Below, one piece after another: positions 26,870-40,300 of a DNA stretch of 64,000 nucleotides. Source of the stretch: the human T2T-CHM13v2.0 reference genome, Homo sapiens. The DNA lies in assembly GCF_009914755.1 (NCBI RefSeq), contig NC_060944.1, one strand, 5' to 3'. The translations under genes and the position numbers were made by a program. Position 1 is the first letter of the stretch; every line of letters starts with the position of its first letter. The notes under the pieces are model-generated. The model made no database searches. It was given only the letters and a program-made list of their open reading frames with translations, and was not told the origin of the DNA.

Positions 26870-27553
26870 TTGAGGCCTTCATTGGAAACGGGACTATCTT
26901 CACATAAAACTAGACGGAAGCATTCTCAGAAACTTCGTTGTGATGTGTGCATTCAACTCCCAGAGTTGAACCTCTCTTTTGATAGAGCAATTCTGAAACA
27001 ATCTTTTTGTGGTATCTGGAAGTGGACGTCTGGAGCGATTCGAGGCCTATGGTGAAAAAGGCAATATCTTCACCTAAAAACTAGACGGAAGCATTCTCAG
27101 AAACTGCTTTGTGATATGTGTAGTCAATTCACGGAGTTGAAACTTGGTTTTGATGCAGCAGTTTTGAAACACTCTTTTTGTTAGAATCTTCAAGTGGATA
27201 TTTGGATAGCTTTGAGGCTTTGATTGGAAACGGGAATATCTTCACATAAAAACTAGACAGAAGCATTCTCAGAAACTTCTTTATGAAGTTTGCATTCAAC
27301 TCACAGAGTTGAAGTTTCCGTTCCATACAGCAGTTTTGAAACTCTCTTTTTCTAGAATCTGTAAGTGGAAACTTGGAGCGCTTCGAGGCCTATGGTGGAA
27401 AAGGGAATATCTTCCCATAAAAAGTAGACAGAAGAATTCTCAGTAACTACTTTGTGATGTGTGTACTCAACTCACAGAGTTGAACTTTTCTTTTGAAAGA
27501 GAAGTTTTGAAACACTCTTTTTGTAGAATCTGCAAATGGGTATTTAGCCTGCT
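26870..27553 (+). repeat. 4-mer HOR structural variant (684 bp), seven monomers skipped; duplication junction at 27199-27221
   Basis: Anchor spacing 26870->27554 is 684 bp. The GTTAGAATCTTCAAGTGGATA monomer is joined directly to the TTTGATTGG box that normally lies seven monomers downstream. Confidence 0.93.
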
Positions 27554-29430
27554 TTGAGGCCTTCATTGGAAACGGGAATATCTTCACATAAAACTAGACA
27601 GAACCATTCTCAGAAACTTCGTTGTGATGTGTGCATTCAACTCCCAGAGTTGAAGCTCTCTTTTGATAGAGCAGTTCTGAAACAATCTTTTTGTGGTATC
27701 TGGAAGTGGACGTTTGGAGCGATTCGAGGCCTATGGTGAAAAAGGCAATATCTTCACCTAAAAATTAGACAGAAGCATTCTCAGAAACTGCTTTGTGATA
27801 TGTGTAGTCAACTCGCAGATTTGAAACGTGGTTTTGATGCAGCAGTTTTGAAACACTCTTTTTGTTAGAATCTTCAAGTGGATATTTGGATAGCTTTGAG
27901 GATTTCATTGGAAACGGGAATATCTACACATAAGAACTAGACAGAAGCATTCTCAGAAAGTTCTTTATGAAGTTCGCATTCAACTCACAGAGTTGTACCT
28001 TCCTTTTCACACAGCAGTTTTGAGACATTCTTTTTGTAGAATCTGCAAGTGGACATTTGGAGTGATTTGAGACTTAGGGTGAAAAAGGGATATCTTCCCA
28101 TAAAAAGTTGACAGAAGCATTCTCAGAAACGACTTTCTGATTTGTGTACTCAACTCACAGAGTTAAACCTTTCCTTTGATACAGCAGTTTGGAAACACTC
28201 TTCTTGTAGAATTTACAAGCGGATATAAGGACTGCAGTGAGGAATTCATCGGAAACGGAATATCTTCACATAAAAGTAGACAGAAGCATTCTCAGAAAGT
28301 TCTTTGTAATGTGTGCATTCAACTCACAGAGTTGAAACTTTCTTTTGATAGAGCAGATTGGAAGCCCTCTTTTTGTAGAATTTGAAAGTGGATATCTGGA
28401 CAGCTTTGAGGCCTTCCCTGGAAACGAGTGTATCTTCACATAAACACTAGACAGAAGCATCCTCAGAAACTTGTTGGTGATGCTTGCATTCAACTCACAG
28501 AATTGAACATTTCTTTTCCTAGAGCAGTTTTGAAACACTCTTTTTGTAGTATGTGGAAGTGGACAGTTGGAGCACTTTGAGGCCTAGGGTGAAAAAGGAA
28601 ATATCTTCACATAAAAACTAGACAGAAGCATTCTCTGAAACTTCTTGGTTATGTGTGTACTCAACTCACAGAGTTGAACTTATCTTCTCATAGATCAGAT
28701 TTGAAACCCTCTTTTTGTAGAGTCTGCAAGTGCATATTTGGATAGCTTTGAGGATTTCATTGGAAACGGAATATCTTCCCATAAAAACTAGAAAGAAGCA
28801 TTCTCAGAAACTTCTTTGTGATGCTTGCATTCAACTCACTGAGTTGAACATTCCCTTTCATACAGCAGTTCTCAAACACTCTTTTTGTAGTATCTGGAAG
28901 TGGACCTTTGGAGCGCTTTGAGGCCTAGGGTGAAAAAGGGAATATCCTCACCTAAAAACTAGACAGAAGCATTCTCAGAAACTTCTTTGTGATGTGTGTA
29001 GTCAACTCACAGAGTTGAACCTTTCTTTTGATACAGCACTTTTGAAACACTCTTTTTGTAGAATCTGCAAGTGGTTATTTGGATAGCTTTGAGGCTTTGA
29101 TTGGAAACGGGAATATCTTCACATAAAAACTAGACAGAAGCATTCTCAGAAACTTCTCTATGAAGTTTGCATTCAACTCACAGAGTTGAAGTTTCCGTTC
29201 CATACAGCAGTTTTGAAACTCTCTTTTTCTAGAATCTGTAAGTGGAAACTTGGAGCGCTTCGAGGCCTATGGTGAAAAAGGGAATATCTTCCCATAAAAA
29301 GTAGACAGAAGAATTCTCAGTAACTACTTTGTGATGTGTGTACTCAACTCACAGAGTTGAACTTTTCTTTTGAAAGAGAAGTTTTGAAACACTCTTTTTG
29401 TAGAATCTGCAAATGGGTATTTAGCCTGCT

Positions 29431-31649
29431 TTGAGGCCTTCATTGGAAACGGGAATATCTTCACATAAAACTAGACAGAAGCATTCTCAGAAACTTCGTT
29501 GTGATGTGTGCATTCAACTCCCAGAGTTGAAGCTCTCTTTTGATAGAGCAGTTCTGAAACAATCTTTTTGTGGTATCTGGAAGTGGACGTTTGGAGCGAT
29601 TCGAGGCCTATGGTGAAAAAGGCAATATCTTCACCTAAAAATTAGACAGAAGCATTCTCAGAAACTGCTTTGTGATATGTGTAGTCAACTCACAGATTTG
29701 AAACTTGGTTTTGATGCAGCAGTTTTGAAACACTCTTTTTGTTAGAATCTTCAAGTGGATATTTGGATAGCTTTGAGGCTTTCATTGGAAACGGGAATAT
29801 CTACACATAAGAACTAGACAGAAGCATTCTCAGAAAGTTCTTTATGAAGTTCGCATTCAACTCACAGAGTTGTACCTTCCTTTTCACACAGCAGTTTTGA
29901 GACATTCTTTTTGTAGAATCTGCAAGTGGACATTTGGAGTGATTTGAGACTTAGGGTGAAAAAGGGATATCTTCCCATAAAAAGTTGACAGAAGCATTCT
30001 CAGAAACGACTTTCTGATTTGTGTACTCAACTCACAGAGTTAAACCTTTCCTTTGATACAGCAGTTTGGAAACACTCTTCTTGTAGAATTTACAAGCGGA
30101 TATAAGGACTGCAGTGAGGAATTCATCGGAAACGGAATATCTTCACATAAAAGTAGACAGAAGCATTCTCAGAAAGTTCTTTGTAATGTGTGCATTCAAC
30201 TCACAGAGTTGAAACTTTCTTTTGATAGAGCAGATTGGAAGCCCTCTTTTTGTAGAATTTGCAAGTGGATATCTGGACAGCTTTGAGGCCTTCCCTGGAA
30301 ACGAGTGTATCTTCACATAATCACTAGACAGAAGCATCCTCAGAAACTTGTTGGTGATGCTTGCATTCAACTCACAGAATTGAACATTTCTTTTCCTAGA
30401 GCAGTTTTGAAACACTCTTTTTGTAGTATCTGGAAGTGGACAGTTGGAGCACTTTGAGGCCTAGGGTGAAAAAGGAAATATCTTCACATAAAAACTAGAC
30501 AGAAGCATTCTCTGAAACTTCTTGGTTATGTGTGTACTCAACTCACAGAGTTGAACTTATCTTCTCATAGATCAGATTTGAAACCCTCTTTTTGTAGAGT
30601 CTGCAAGTGCATATATGGATAGCTTTGAGGATTTCATTGGAAACGGGAATATCTTCCCATAAAAACTAGAAAGAAGCATTCTCAGAAACTTCTTTGTGAT
30701 GCTTGCATTCAACTCACTGAGTTGAACATTCCCTTTCATACAGCAGTTCTCAAACACTCTTTTTGTAGTATCTGGAAGTGGACCTTTGGAGCGCTTTGAG
30801 GCCTAGGGTGAAAAAGGAAATATCCTCACCTAAAAACTAGACAGAAGCATTCTCAGAAACTTCTTTGTGATGTGTGTAGTCAACTCACAGAGTTGAACCT
30901 TTCTTTTGATACAGCACTTTTGAAACACTCTTTTTGTAGAATCTGCAAGTGGTTATTTGGATAGCTTTGAGGCTTTGATTGGAAACGGGAATATCTTCAC
31001 AGAAAAACTAGACAGAAGCATTCTCAGAAACTTCTCTATGAAGTTTGCATTCAACTCACAGAGTTGAACTTTCCGTTCCATACAGCAGTTTTGAAACTCT
31101 CTTTTTCTAGAATCTGTAAGTGGAAACTTGGAGCGCTTCGAGGCCTATTTTGAAAAAGGGAATATCTTCCCATAAAAAGTAGACAGAAGAATTCTCAATA
31201 ACTACTTTGTGATGTGTGTACTCAACTCACAGAGTTGAACTTTTCTTTTGAAAGAGAAGTTTTGAAACACTCTTTTTGGAGAATCTGCAAATGGGTATTT
31301 AGCCTGCTTTGAAGCCTTCACTGGAAACGGGAATATCTTCACATAAAACTAGACAGAAGCATTCTCAGAAACTTCTTTATGAAGTTTGCATTCAACTCAC
31401 AGAGTTGAACTTTCCATTCCATACAGCAGTTTTGAAACTCTCTTTTTGTAGAATCTGTAAGTGGAAACTTGGAGCGCTTCGAGGCCTATGGTGAAAAAGG
31501 GAATATCTTCCCATAAAAAGTAGACAGAAGAATGCTCAGTAACTACTTTGTGATGTGTGCACTCAACTCACAGAGTTGAACTTTTCTTTTGAAAGAGAAG
31601 TTTTGAAACACTCTTTTTGTAGAATCTGCAAATGGGTATTTAGCCTGCT
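29431..31649 (+). repeat. 13-mer HOR structural variant, copy 2 (repeated dimer 31009-31349 / 31350-31690)
   Basis: Same structure and the same private SNVs as copy 1, at an offset of +6657 bp. Confidence 0.93.
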
Positions 31650-34329
31650 TTGAGGCCTTCATTGGAAACGGGACTATCTTCACATAAAACTAGACAGAAG
31701 CATTCTCAGAAACTTCGTTGTGATGTGTGCATTCAACTCCCAGAGTTGAACCTCTCTTTTGATAGAGCAATTCTGAAGCAATCTTTTTGTGGTATCTGGA
31801 AGTGGACGTCTGGAGCGATTCGAGGCCTATGGTGAAAAAGGCAATATCTTCACCTAAAAACTAGACGGAAGCATTCTCAGAAACTGCTTTGTGATATGTG
31901 TAGTCAATTCACGGAGTTGAAACTTGGTTTTGATGCAGCAGTTTTGAAACACTCTTTTTGTTAGAATCTTCAAGTGGATATTTGGATAGCTTTGAGGCTT
32001 TCATTGGAAACGGGAATATCTACACATAAGAACTAGACAGAAGCATTCTCAGAAAGTTCTTTATGAAGTTCGCATTCAACTCACAGAGTTGTACCTTCCT
32101 TTTCACACAGCAGTTTTGAGACATTCTTTTTGTAGAATCTGCAAGTGGACATTTGGAGTGATTTGAGACTTAGGGTGAAAAAGGGATATCTTCCCATAAA
32201 AAGTTGACAGAAGCATTCTCAGAAACGACTTTCTGATTTGTGTACTCAACTCACAGAGTTAAACCTTTCCTTTGATACAGCAGTTTGGAAACACTCTTCT
32301 TGTAGAATTTACAAGCGGATATAAGGACAGCAGTGAGGAATTCATCGGATACGGAATATCTTCACATAAAAGTAGACAGAAGCATTCTCAGAAAGTTCTT
32401 TGTAATGTGTGCATTCAACTCACAGAGTTGAAACTTTCTTTTGATAGAGCAGATTGGAAGCCCTCTTTTTGTAGAATTTGCAAGTGGATATCTGGACAGC
32501 TTTGAGGCCTTCCCTGGAAACGAGTGTATCTTCACATAAACACTAGACAGAAGCATCCTCAGAAACTTGTTGGTGATGCTTGCATTCAACTCACAGAATT
32601 GAACATTTCTTTTCCTAGAGCAGTTTTGAAACACTCTTTTTGTAGTATCTGGAAGTGGACAGTTGGAGCACTTTGAGGCCTAGGGTGAAAAAGGAAATAT
32701 CTTCACATAAAAACTAGACAGAAGCATTCTCTGAAACTTCTTGGTTATGTGTGTACTCAACTCACAGAGTTGAACTTATCTTCTCATAGATCAGATTTGA
32801 AACCCTCTTTTTGTAGAGTCTGCAAGTGCATATTTGGATAGCTTTGAGGATTTCATTGGAAACGGGAATATCTTCCCATAAAAACTAGAAAGAAGCATTC
32901 TCAGAAACTTCTTTGTGATGCTTGCATTCAACTCACTGAGTTGAATATTCCCTTTCATACAGCAGTTTTCAAACACTCTTTTTGTAGTATCTGGAAGTGG
33001 ACCTTTGGAGCGCTTTGAGGCCTAGGGTGAAAAAGGAAATATCCTCACCTAAAAACTAGACAGAAGCATTCTCAGAAACTTCTTTGTGATGTGTGTAGTC
33101 AACTCACAGAGTTGAACCTTTCTTTTGATACAGCACTTTTGAAACACTCTTTTTGTAGAATCTGCAAGTGGTTATTTTGATAGCTTTGAGGCTTTGATTG
33201 GAAACGGGAATATCTTCACATAAAACTAGACAGAAGCATTCTCAGAAACTTCTTTATGAAGTTTGCATTCACCTCACAGAGTTGAACTTTCCATTCCATA
33301 CAGCAGTTTTGAAACTCTCTTTTTGTAGAATCTGTAAGTGGAAACTTGGAGCGCTTCGAGGCCTATGGTGAAAAAGGGAATATCTTGCCATAAAAAGTAG
33401 ACAGAAGAATTCTCAGTAACTACTTTGTGATGTGTGTACTCAACTCACAGAGTTGAACTTTTCTTTTGAAAGAGAAGTTTTGAAACACTCTTTTTGTAGA
33501 ATCTGCAAATGGGTATTTAGCCTGCTTTGAGGCCTTCATTGGAAACGGGACTATCTTCACATAAAACTAGACGGAAGCATTCTCAGAAACTTCGTTGTGA
33601 TGTGTGCATTCAACTCCCAGAGTTGAACCTCTCTTTTGATAGAGCAATTCTGAAACAATCTTTTTGTGGTATCTGGAAGTGGACGTCTGGAGCGATTCGA
33701 GGCCTATGGTGAAAAAGGCAATATCTTCACCTAAAAACTAGACGGAAGCATTCTCAGAAACTGCTTTGTGATATGTGTAGTCAATTCACGGAGTTGAAAC
33801 TTGGTTTTGATGCAGCAGTTTTGAAACACTCTTTTTGTTAGAATCTTCAAGTGGATATTTGGATAGCTTTGAGGCTTTCATTGGAAACGGGAATATCTAC
33901 ACATAAGAACTAGACAGAAGCATTCTCAGAAAGTTCTTTATGAAGTTCGCATTCAACTCACAGAGTTGTACCTTCCTTTTCACACAGCAGTTTTGAGACA
34001 TTCTTTTTGTAGAATCTGCAAGTGGACATTTGGAGTGATTTGAGACTTAGGGTGAAAAAGGGATATCTTCCCATAAAAAGTTGACAGAAGCATTCTCAGA
34101 AACGACTTTCTGATTTGTGTACTCAACTCACAGAGTTAAACCTTTCCTTTGATACAGCAGTTTGGAAACACTCTTCTTGTAGAATTTACAAGCCGATATA
34201 AGGACAGCAGTGAGGAATTCATCGGATACGGAATATCTTCACATAAAAGTAGACAGAAGCATTCTCAGAAAGTTCTTTGTAATGTGTGCATTCAACTCAC
34301 AGAGTTGAAACTTTCTTTTGATACAGCAG

Positions 34330-37300
34330 ATTGGAAGCCCTCTTTTTGTAGAATTTGCAAGTGGATATCTGGACAGCTTTGAGGCCTTCCCTGGAAACGA
34401 GTGTATCTTCACATAAACACTAGACAGAAGCATCCTCAGAAACTTGTTGGTGATGCTTGCATTCAACTCACAGAATTGAACATTTCTTTTCCTAGAGCAG
34501 TTTTGAAACACTCTTTTTGTAGTATCTGGAAGTGGACAGTTGGAGCACTTTGAGGCCTAGGGTGAAAAAGGAAATATCTTCACATAAAAACTAGACAGAA
34601 GCATTCTCTGAAACTTCTTGGTTATGTGTGTACTCAACTCACAGAGTTGAACTTATCTTCTCATAGATCAGATTTGAAACCCTCTTTTTGTAGAGTCTGC
34701 AAGTGCATATTTGGATAGCTTTGAGGATTTCATTGGAAACGGGAATATCTTCCCATAAAAACTAGAAAGAAGCATTCTCAGAAACTTCTTTGTGATGCTT
34801 GCATTCAACTCACTGAGTTGAATATTCCCTTTCATACAGCAGTTTTCAAACACTCTTTTTGTAGTATCTGGAAGTGGACCTTTGGAGCGCTTTGAGGCCT
34901 AGGGTGAAAAAGGAAATATCCTCACCTAAAAACTAGACAGAAGCATTCTCAGAAACTTCTTTGTGATGTGTGTAGTCAACTCACAGAGTTGAACCTTTCT
35001 TTTGATACAGCACTTTTGAAACACTCTTTTTGTAGAATCTGCAAGTGGTTATTTTGATAGCTTTGAGGCTTTGATTGGAAACGGGAATATCTTCACATAA
35101 AACTAGACAGAAGCATTCTCAGAAACTTCTTTATGAAGTTTGCATTCACCTCACAGAGTTGAACTTTCCATTCCATACAGCAGTTTTGAAACTCTCTTTT
35201 TGTAGAATCTGTAAGTGGAAACTTGGAGCGCTTCGAGGCCTATGGTGAAAAAGGGAATATCTTCCCATAAAAAGTAGACAGAAGAATTCTCAGTAACTAC
35301 TTTGTGATGTGTGTACTCAACTCACAGAGTTGAACTTTTCTTTTGAAAGAGAAGTTTTGAAACACGCTTTTTGTAGAATCTGCAAATGGGTATTTAGCCT
35401 GCTTTGAGGCCTTCATTGGAAACGGGACTATCTTCACATAAAACTAGACGGAAGCATTCTCAGAAACTTCGTTGTGATGTGTGCATTCAACTCCCAGAGT
35501 TGAACCTCTCTTTTGATAGAGCAATTCTGAAGCAATCTTTTTGTGGTATCTGGAAGTGGACGTCTGGAGCGATTCGAGGCCTATGGTGAAAAAGGCAATA
35601 TCTTCACCTAAAAACTAGACGGAAGCATTCTCAGAAACTGCTTTGTGATATGTGTAGTCAATTCACGGAGTTGAAACTTGGTTTTGATGCAGCAGTTTTG
35701 AAACACTCTTTTTGTTAGAATCTTCAAGTGGATATTTGGATAGCTTTGAGGCTTTCATTGGAAACGGGAATATCTACACATAAGAACTAGACAGAAGCAT
35801 TCTCAGAAAGTTCTTTATGAAGTTCGCATTCAACTCACAGAGTTGTACCTTCCTTTTCACACAGCAGTTTTGAGACATTCTTTTTGTAGAATCTGCAAGT
35901 GGACATTTGGAGTGATTTGAGACTTAGGGTGAAAAAGGGATATCTTCCCATAAAAAGTTGACAGAAGCATTCTCAGAAACGACTTTCTGATTTGTGTACT
36001 CAACTCACAGAGTTAAACCTTTCCTTTGATACAGCAGTTTGGAAACACTCTTCTTGTAGAATTTGCAAGCGGATATAAGGACAGCAGTGAGGAATTCATC
36101 GGAAACGGAATATCTTCACATAAAAGTAGACAGAAGCATTCTCAGAAAGTTCTTTGTAATGTGTGCATTCAACTCACAGAGTTGAAACTTTCTTTTGATA
36201 GAGCAGATTGGAAGCCCTCTTTTTGTAGAATTTGCAAGTGGATATCTGGACAGCTTTGAGGCCTTCCCTGGAAACGAGTGTATCTTCACATAAACACTAG
36301 ACAGAAGCATCCTCAGAAACTTGTTGGTGATGCTTGCATTCAACTCACAGAATTGAACATTTCTTTTCCTAGAGCAGTTTTGAAACACTCTTTTTGTAGT
36401 ATCTGGAAGTGGACAGTTGGAGCACTTTGAGGCCTAGGGTGAAAAAGGAAATATCTTCACATAAAAACTAGACAGAAGCATTCTCTGAAACTTCTTGGTT
36501 ATGTGTGTACTCAACTCACAGAGTTGAACTTATCTTCTCATAGATCAGATTTGAAACCCTCTTTTTGTAGAGTCTGCAAGTGCATATTTGGATAGCTTTG
36601 AGGATTTCATTGGAAACGGGAATATCTTCCCATAAAAACTAGAAAGAAGCATTCTCAGAAACTTCTTTGTGATGCTTGCATTCAACTCACTGAGTTGAAT
36701 ATTCCCTTTCATACAGCAGTTTTCAAACACTCTTTTTGTAGTATCTGGAAGTGGACCTTTGGAGCGCTTTGAGGCCTAGGGTGAAAAAGGAAATATCCTC
36801 ACCTAAAAACTAGACAGAAGCATTCTCAGAAACTTCTTTGTGATGTGTGTAGTCAACTCACAGAGTTGAACCTTTCTTTTGATACACCACTTTTGAAACA
36901 CTCTTTTTGTAGAATCTGCAAGTGGTTATTTTGATAGCTTTGAGGCTTTGATTGGAAACGGGAATATCTTCACATAAAACTAGACAGAAGCATTCTCAGA
37001 AACTTCTTTATGAAGTTTGCATTCACCTCACAGAGTTGAACTTTCCATTCCATACAGCAGTTTTGAAACTCTCTTTTTGTAGAATCTGTAAGTGGAAACT
37101 GGGAGCGCTTCGAGGCCTATGGTGAAAAAGGGAATATCTTCCCATAAAAAGTAGACAGAAGAATTCTCAGTAACTACTTTGTGATGTGTGTACTCAACTC
37201 ACAGAGTTGAACTTTTCTTTTGAAAGAGAAGTTTTGAAACACTCTTTTTGTAGAATCTGCAAATGGGTATTTAGCCTGCTTTGAGGCCTTCATTGGAAAC

Positions 37301-40300
37301 GGGACTATCTTCACATAAAACTAGACAGAAGCATTCTCAGAAACTTCGTTGTGATGTGTGCATTCAACTCCCAGAGTTGAACCTCTCTTTTGATAGAGCA
37401 ATTCTGAAGCAATCTTTTTGTGGTATCTGGAAGTGGACGTCTGGAGCGATTCGAGGCCTATGGTGAAAAAGGCAATATCTTCACCTAAAAACTAGACGGA
37501 AGCCTTCTCAGAAACTGCTTTGTGATATGTGTAATCAATTCACGGAGTTGAAACTTGGTTTTGATGCAGCAGTTTTGAAACACTCTTTTTGTTAGAATCT
37601 TCAAGTGGATATTTGGATAGCTTTGAGGCTTTCATTGGAAACGGGAATATCTACACATAAGAACTAGACAGAAGCATTCTCAGAAAGTTCTTTATGAAGT
37701 TCGCATTCAACTCACAGAGTTGTACCTTCCTTTTCACACAGCAGTTTTGAGACATTCTTTTTGTAGAATCTGCAAGTGGACATTTGGAGTGATTTGAGAC
37801 TTAGGGTGAAAAAGGGATATCTTCCCATAAAAAGTTGACAGAAGCATTCTCAGAAACGACTTTCTGATTTGTGTACTCAACTCACAGAGTTAAACCTTTC
37901 CTTTGATACAGCAGTTTGGAAACACTCTTCTTGTAGAATTTACAAGCGGATATAAGGACAGCAGTGAGGAACTCATCGGAAACGGAATATCTTCACATAA
38001 AAGTAGACAGAAGCATTCTCAGAAAGTTCTTTGTAATGTGTGCATTCAACTCACAGAGTTGAAACTTTCTTTTGATAGAGCAGATTGGAAGCCCTCTTTT
38101 TGTAGAATTTGCAAGTGGATATCTGGACAGCTTTGAGGCCTTCCCTGGAAACGAGTGTATCTTCACATAAACACTAGACAGAAGCATCCTCAGAAACTTG
38201 TTGGTGATGCTTGCATTCAACTCACAGAATTGAACATTTCTTTTCCTAGAGCAGCTTTGAAACACTCTTTTTGTAGTATCTGGAAGTGGACAGTTGGAGC
38301 ACTTTGAGGCCTAGGGTGAAAAAGGAAATATCTTCACATAAAAACTAGACAGAAGCATTCTCTGAAACTTCTTGGTTATGTGTGTACTCAACTCACAGAG
38401 TTGAACTTATCTTCTCATAGATCAGATTTGAAACCCTCTTTTTGTAGAGTCTGCAAGTGCATATTTGGATAGCTTTGAGGATTTCATTGGAAACGGGAAT
38501 ATCTTCCCATAAAAACTAGAAAGAAGCATTCTCAGAAACTTCTTTGTGATGCTTGCATTCAACTCACTGAGTTGAACATTCCCTTTCATACAGCAGTTTT
38601 GAAACACTCTTTTTGTAGTATCTGGAAGTGGACCTTTGGAGCACTTTGAGGCCTAGGGTGAAAAAGGAAATATCCTCACCTAAAAACTAGACAGAAGCAT
38701 TCTCAGAAACTTCTTTGTGATGTGTGTAGTCAACTCACAGAGTTGAACCTTTCTTTTGATACAGCACTTTTGAAACACTCTTTTTGTAGAATCTGCAAGT
38801 GGTTATTTTGATAGCTTTGAGGCTTTGATTGGAAACGGGAATATCTTCACAGAAAAACTAGACAGAAGCATTCTCAGAAACTTCTTTATGAAGTTTGCAT
38901 GCAACTCACAGAGTTGAACTTTCCGTTCCATACAGCAGTTTTGAAACTCTCTTTTTCTAGAATCTGTAAGTGGAAACTGGGAGCGCTTCGAGGCCTATGG
39001 TGAAAAAGGGAATATCTTCCCATAAAAAGTAGACAGAAGAATTCTCAGTAACTACTTTGTGATGTGTGTACTCAACTCACAGAGTTGAACTTTTCTTTTG
39101 AAAGAGAAGTTTTGAAACACTCTTTTTGTAGAATCTGCAAATGGGTATTTAGCCTGCTTTGAGGCCTTCATTGGAAACGGGACTATCTTCACATAAAACT
39201 AGACAGAAGCATTCTCAGAAACTTCGTTGTGATGTGTGCATTCAACTCCCAGAGTTGAACCTCTCTTTTGATAGAGCAATTCTGAAGCAATCTTTTTGTG
39301 GTATCTGGAAGTGGACGTCTGGAGCGATTCGAGGCCTATGGTGAAAAAGGCAATATCTTCACCTAAAAATTAGACGGAAGCATTCTCAGAAACTGCTTTG
39401 TGATATGTGTAGTCAATTCACGGAGTTGAAACTTGGTTTTGATGCAGCAGTTTTGAAACACTCTTTTTGTTAGAATCTTCAAGTGGATATTTGGATAGCT
39501 TTGAGGCTTTCATTGGAAACGGGAATATCTACACATAAGAACTAGACAGAAGCATTCTCAGAAAGTTCTTTATGAAGTTCGCATTCAACTCACAGAGTTG
39601 TACCTTCCTTTTCACACAGCAGTTTTGAGACATTCTTTTTGTAGAATCTGCAAGTGGACATTTGGAGTGATTTGAGACTTAGGGTGAAAAAGGGATATCT
39701 TCTCATAAAAAGTTGACAGAAGCATTCTCAGAAACGACTTTCTGATTTGTGTACTCAACTCACAGAGTTAAACCTTTCCTTTGATACAGCAGTTTGGAAA
39801 CACTCTTCTTGTAGAATTTACAAGCGGATATAAGGACAGCAGTGAGGAACTCATCGGAAACGGAATATCTTCACATAAAAGTAGACAGAAGCATTCTCAG
39901 AAAGTTCTTTGTAATGTGTGCATTCAACTCACAGAGTTGAAACTTTCTTTTGATAGAGCAGATTGGAAGCCCTCTTTTTGTAGAATTTGCAAGTGGATAT
40001 CTGGACAGCTTTGAGGCCTTCCCTGGAAACGAGTGTATCTTCACATAAACACTAGACAGAAGCATCCTCAGAAACTTGTTGGTGATGCTTGCATTCAACT
40101 CACAGAATTGAACATTTCTTTTCCTAGAGCAGTTTTGAAACACTCTTTTTGTAGTATCTGGAAGTGGACAGTTGGAGCACTTTGAGGCCTAGGGTGAAAA
40201 AGGAAATATCTTCACATAAAAACTAGACAGAAGCATTCTCTGAAACTTCTTGGTTATGTGTGTACTCAACTCACAGAGTTGAACTTATCTTCTCATAGAT

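Larger units (their letters stand above)
18687..33878 (+). repeat. Multi-HOR tandem duplication: copy 1 ~18687-27221 (8535 bp), copy 2 ~27222-33878 (6657 bp, one HOR shorter)
   Basis: Shared rare variants at +8535: AGAACC, CTCGCAG, GAGGATTT, TTTGAAAG. Shared rare variants at +6657: AGTATGTGG, the 1-bp deletion GGAAACGGAATATCTTCCC, TAATCAC, ATATATGG, the 13-mer, CGGATACGG, CTTGCCAT. Confidence 0.88.
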
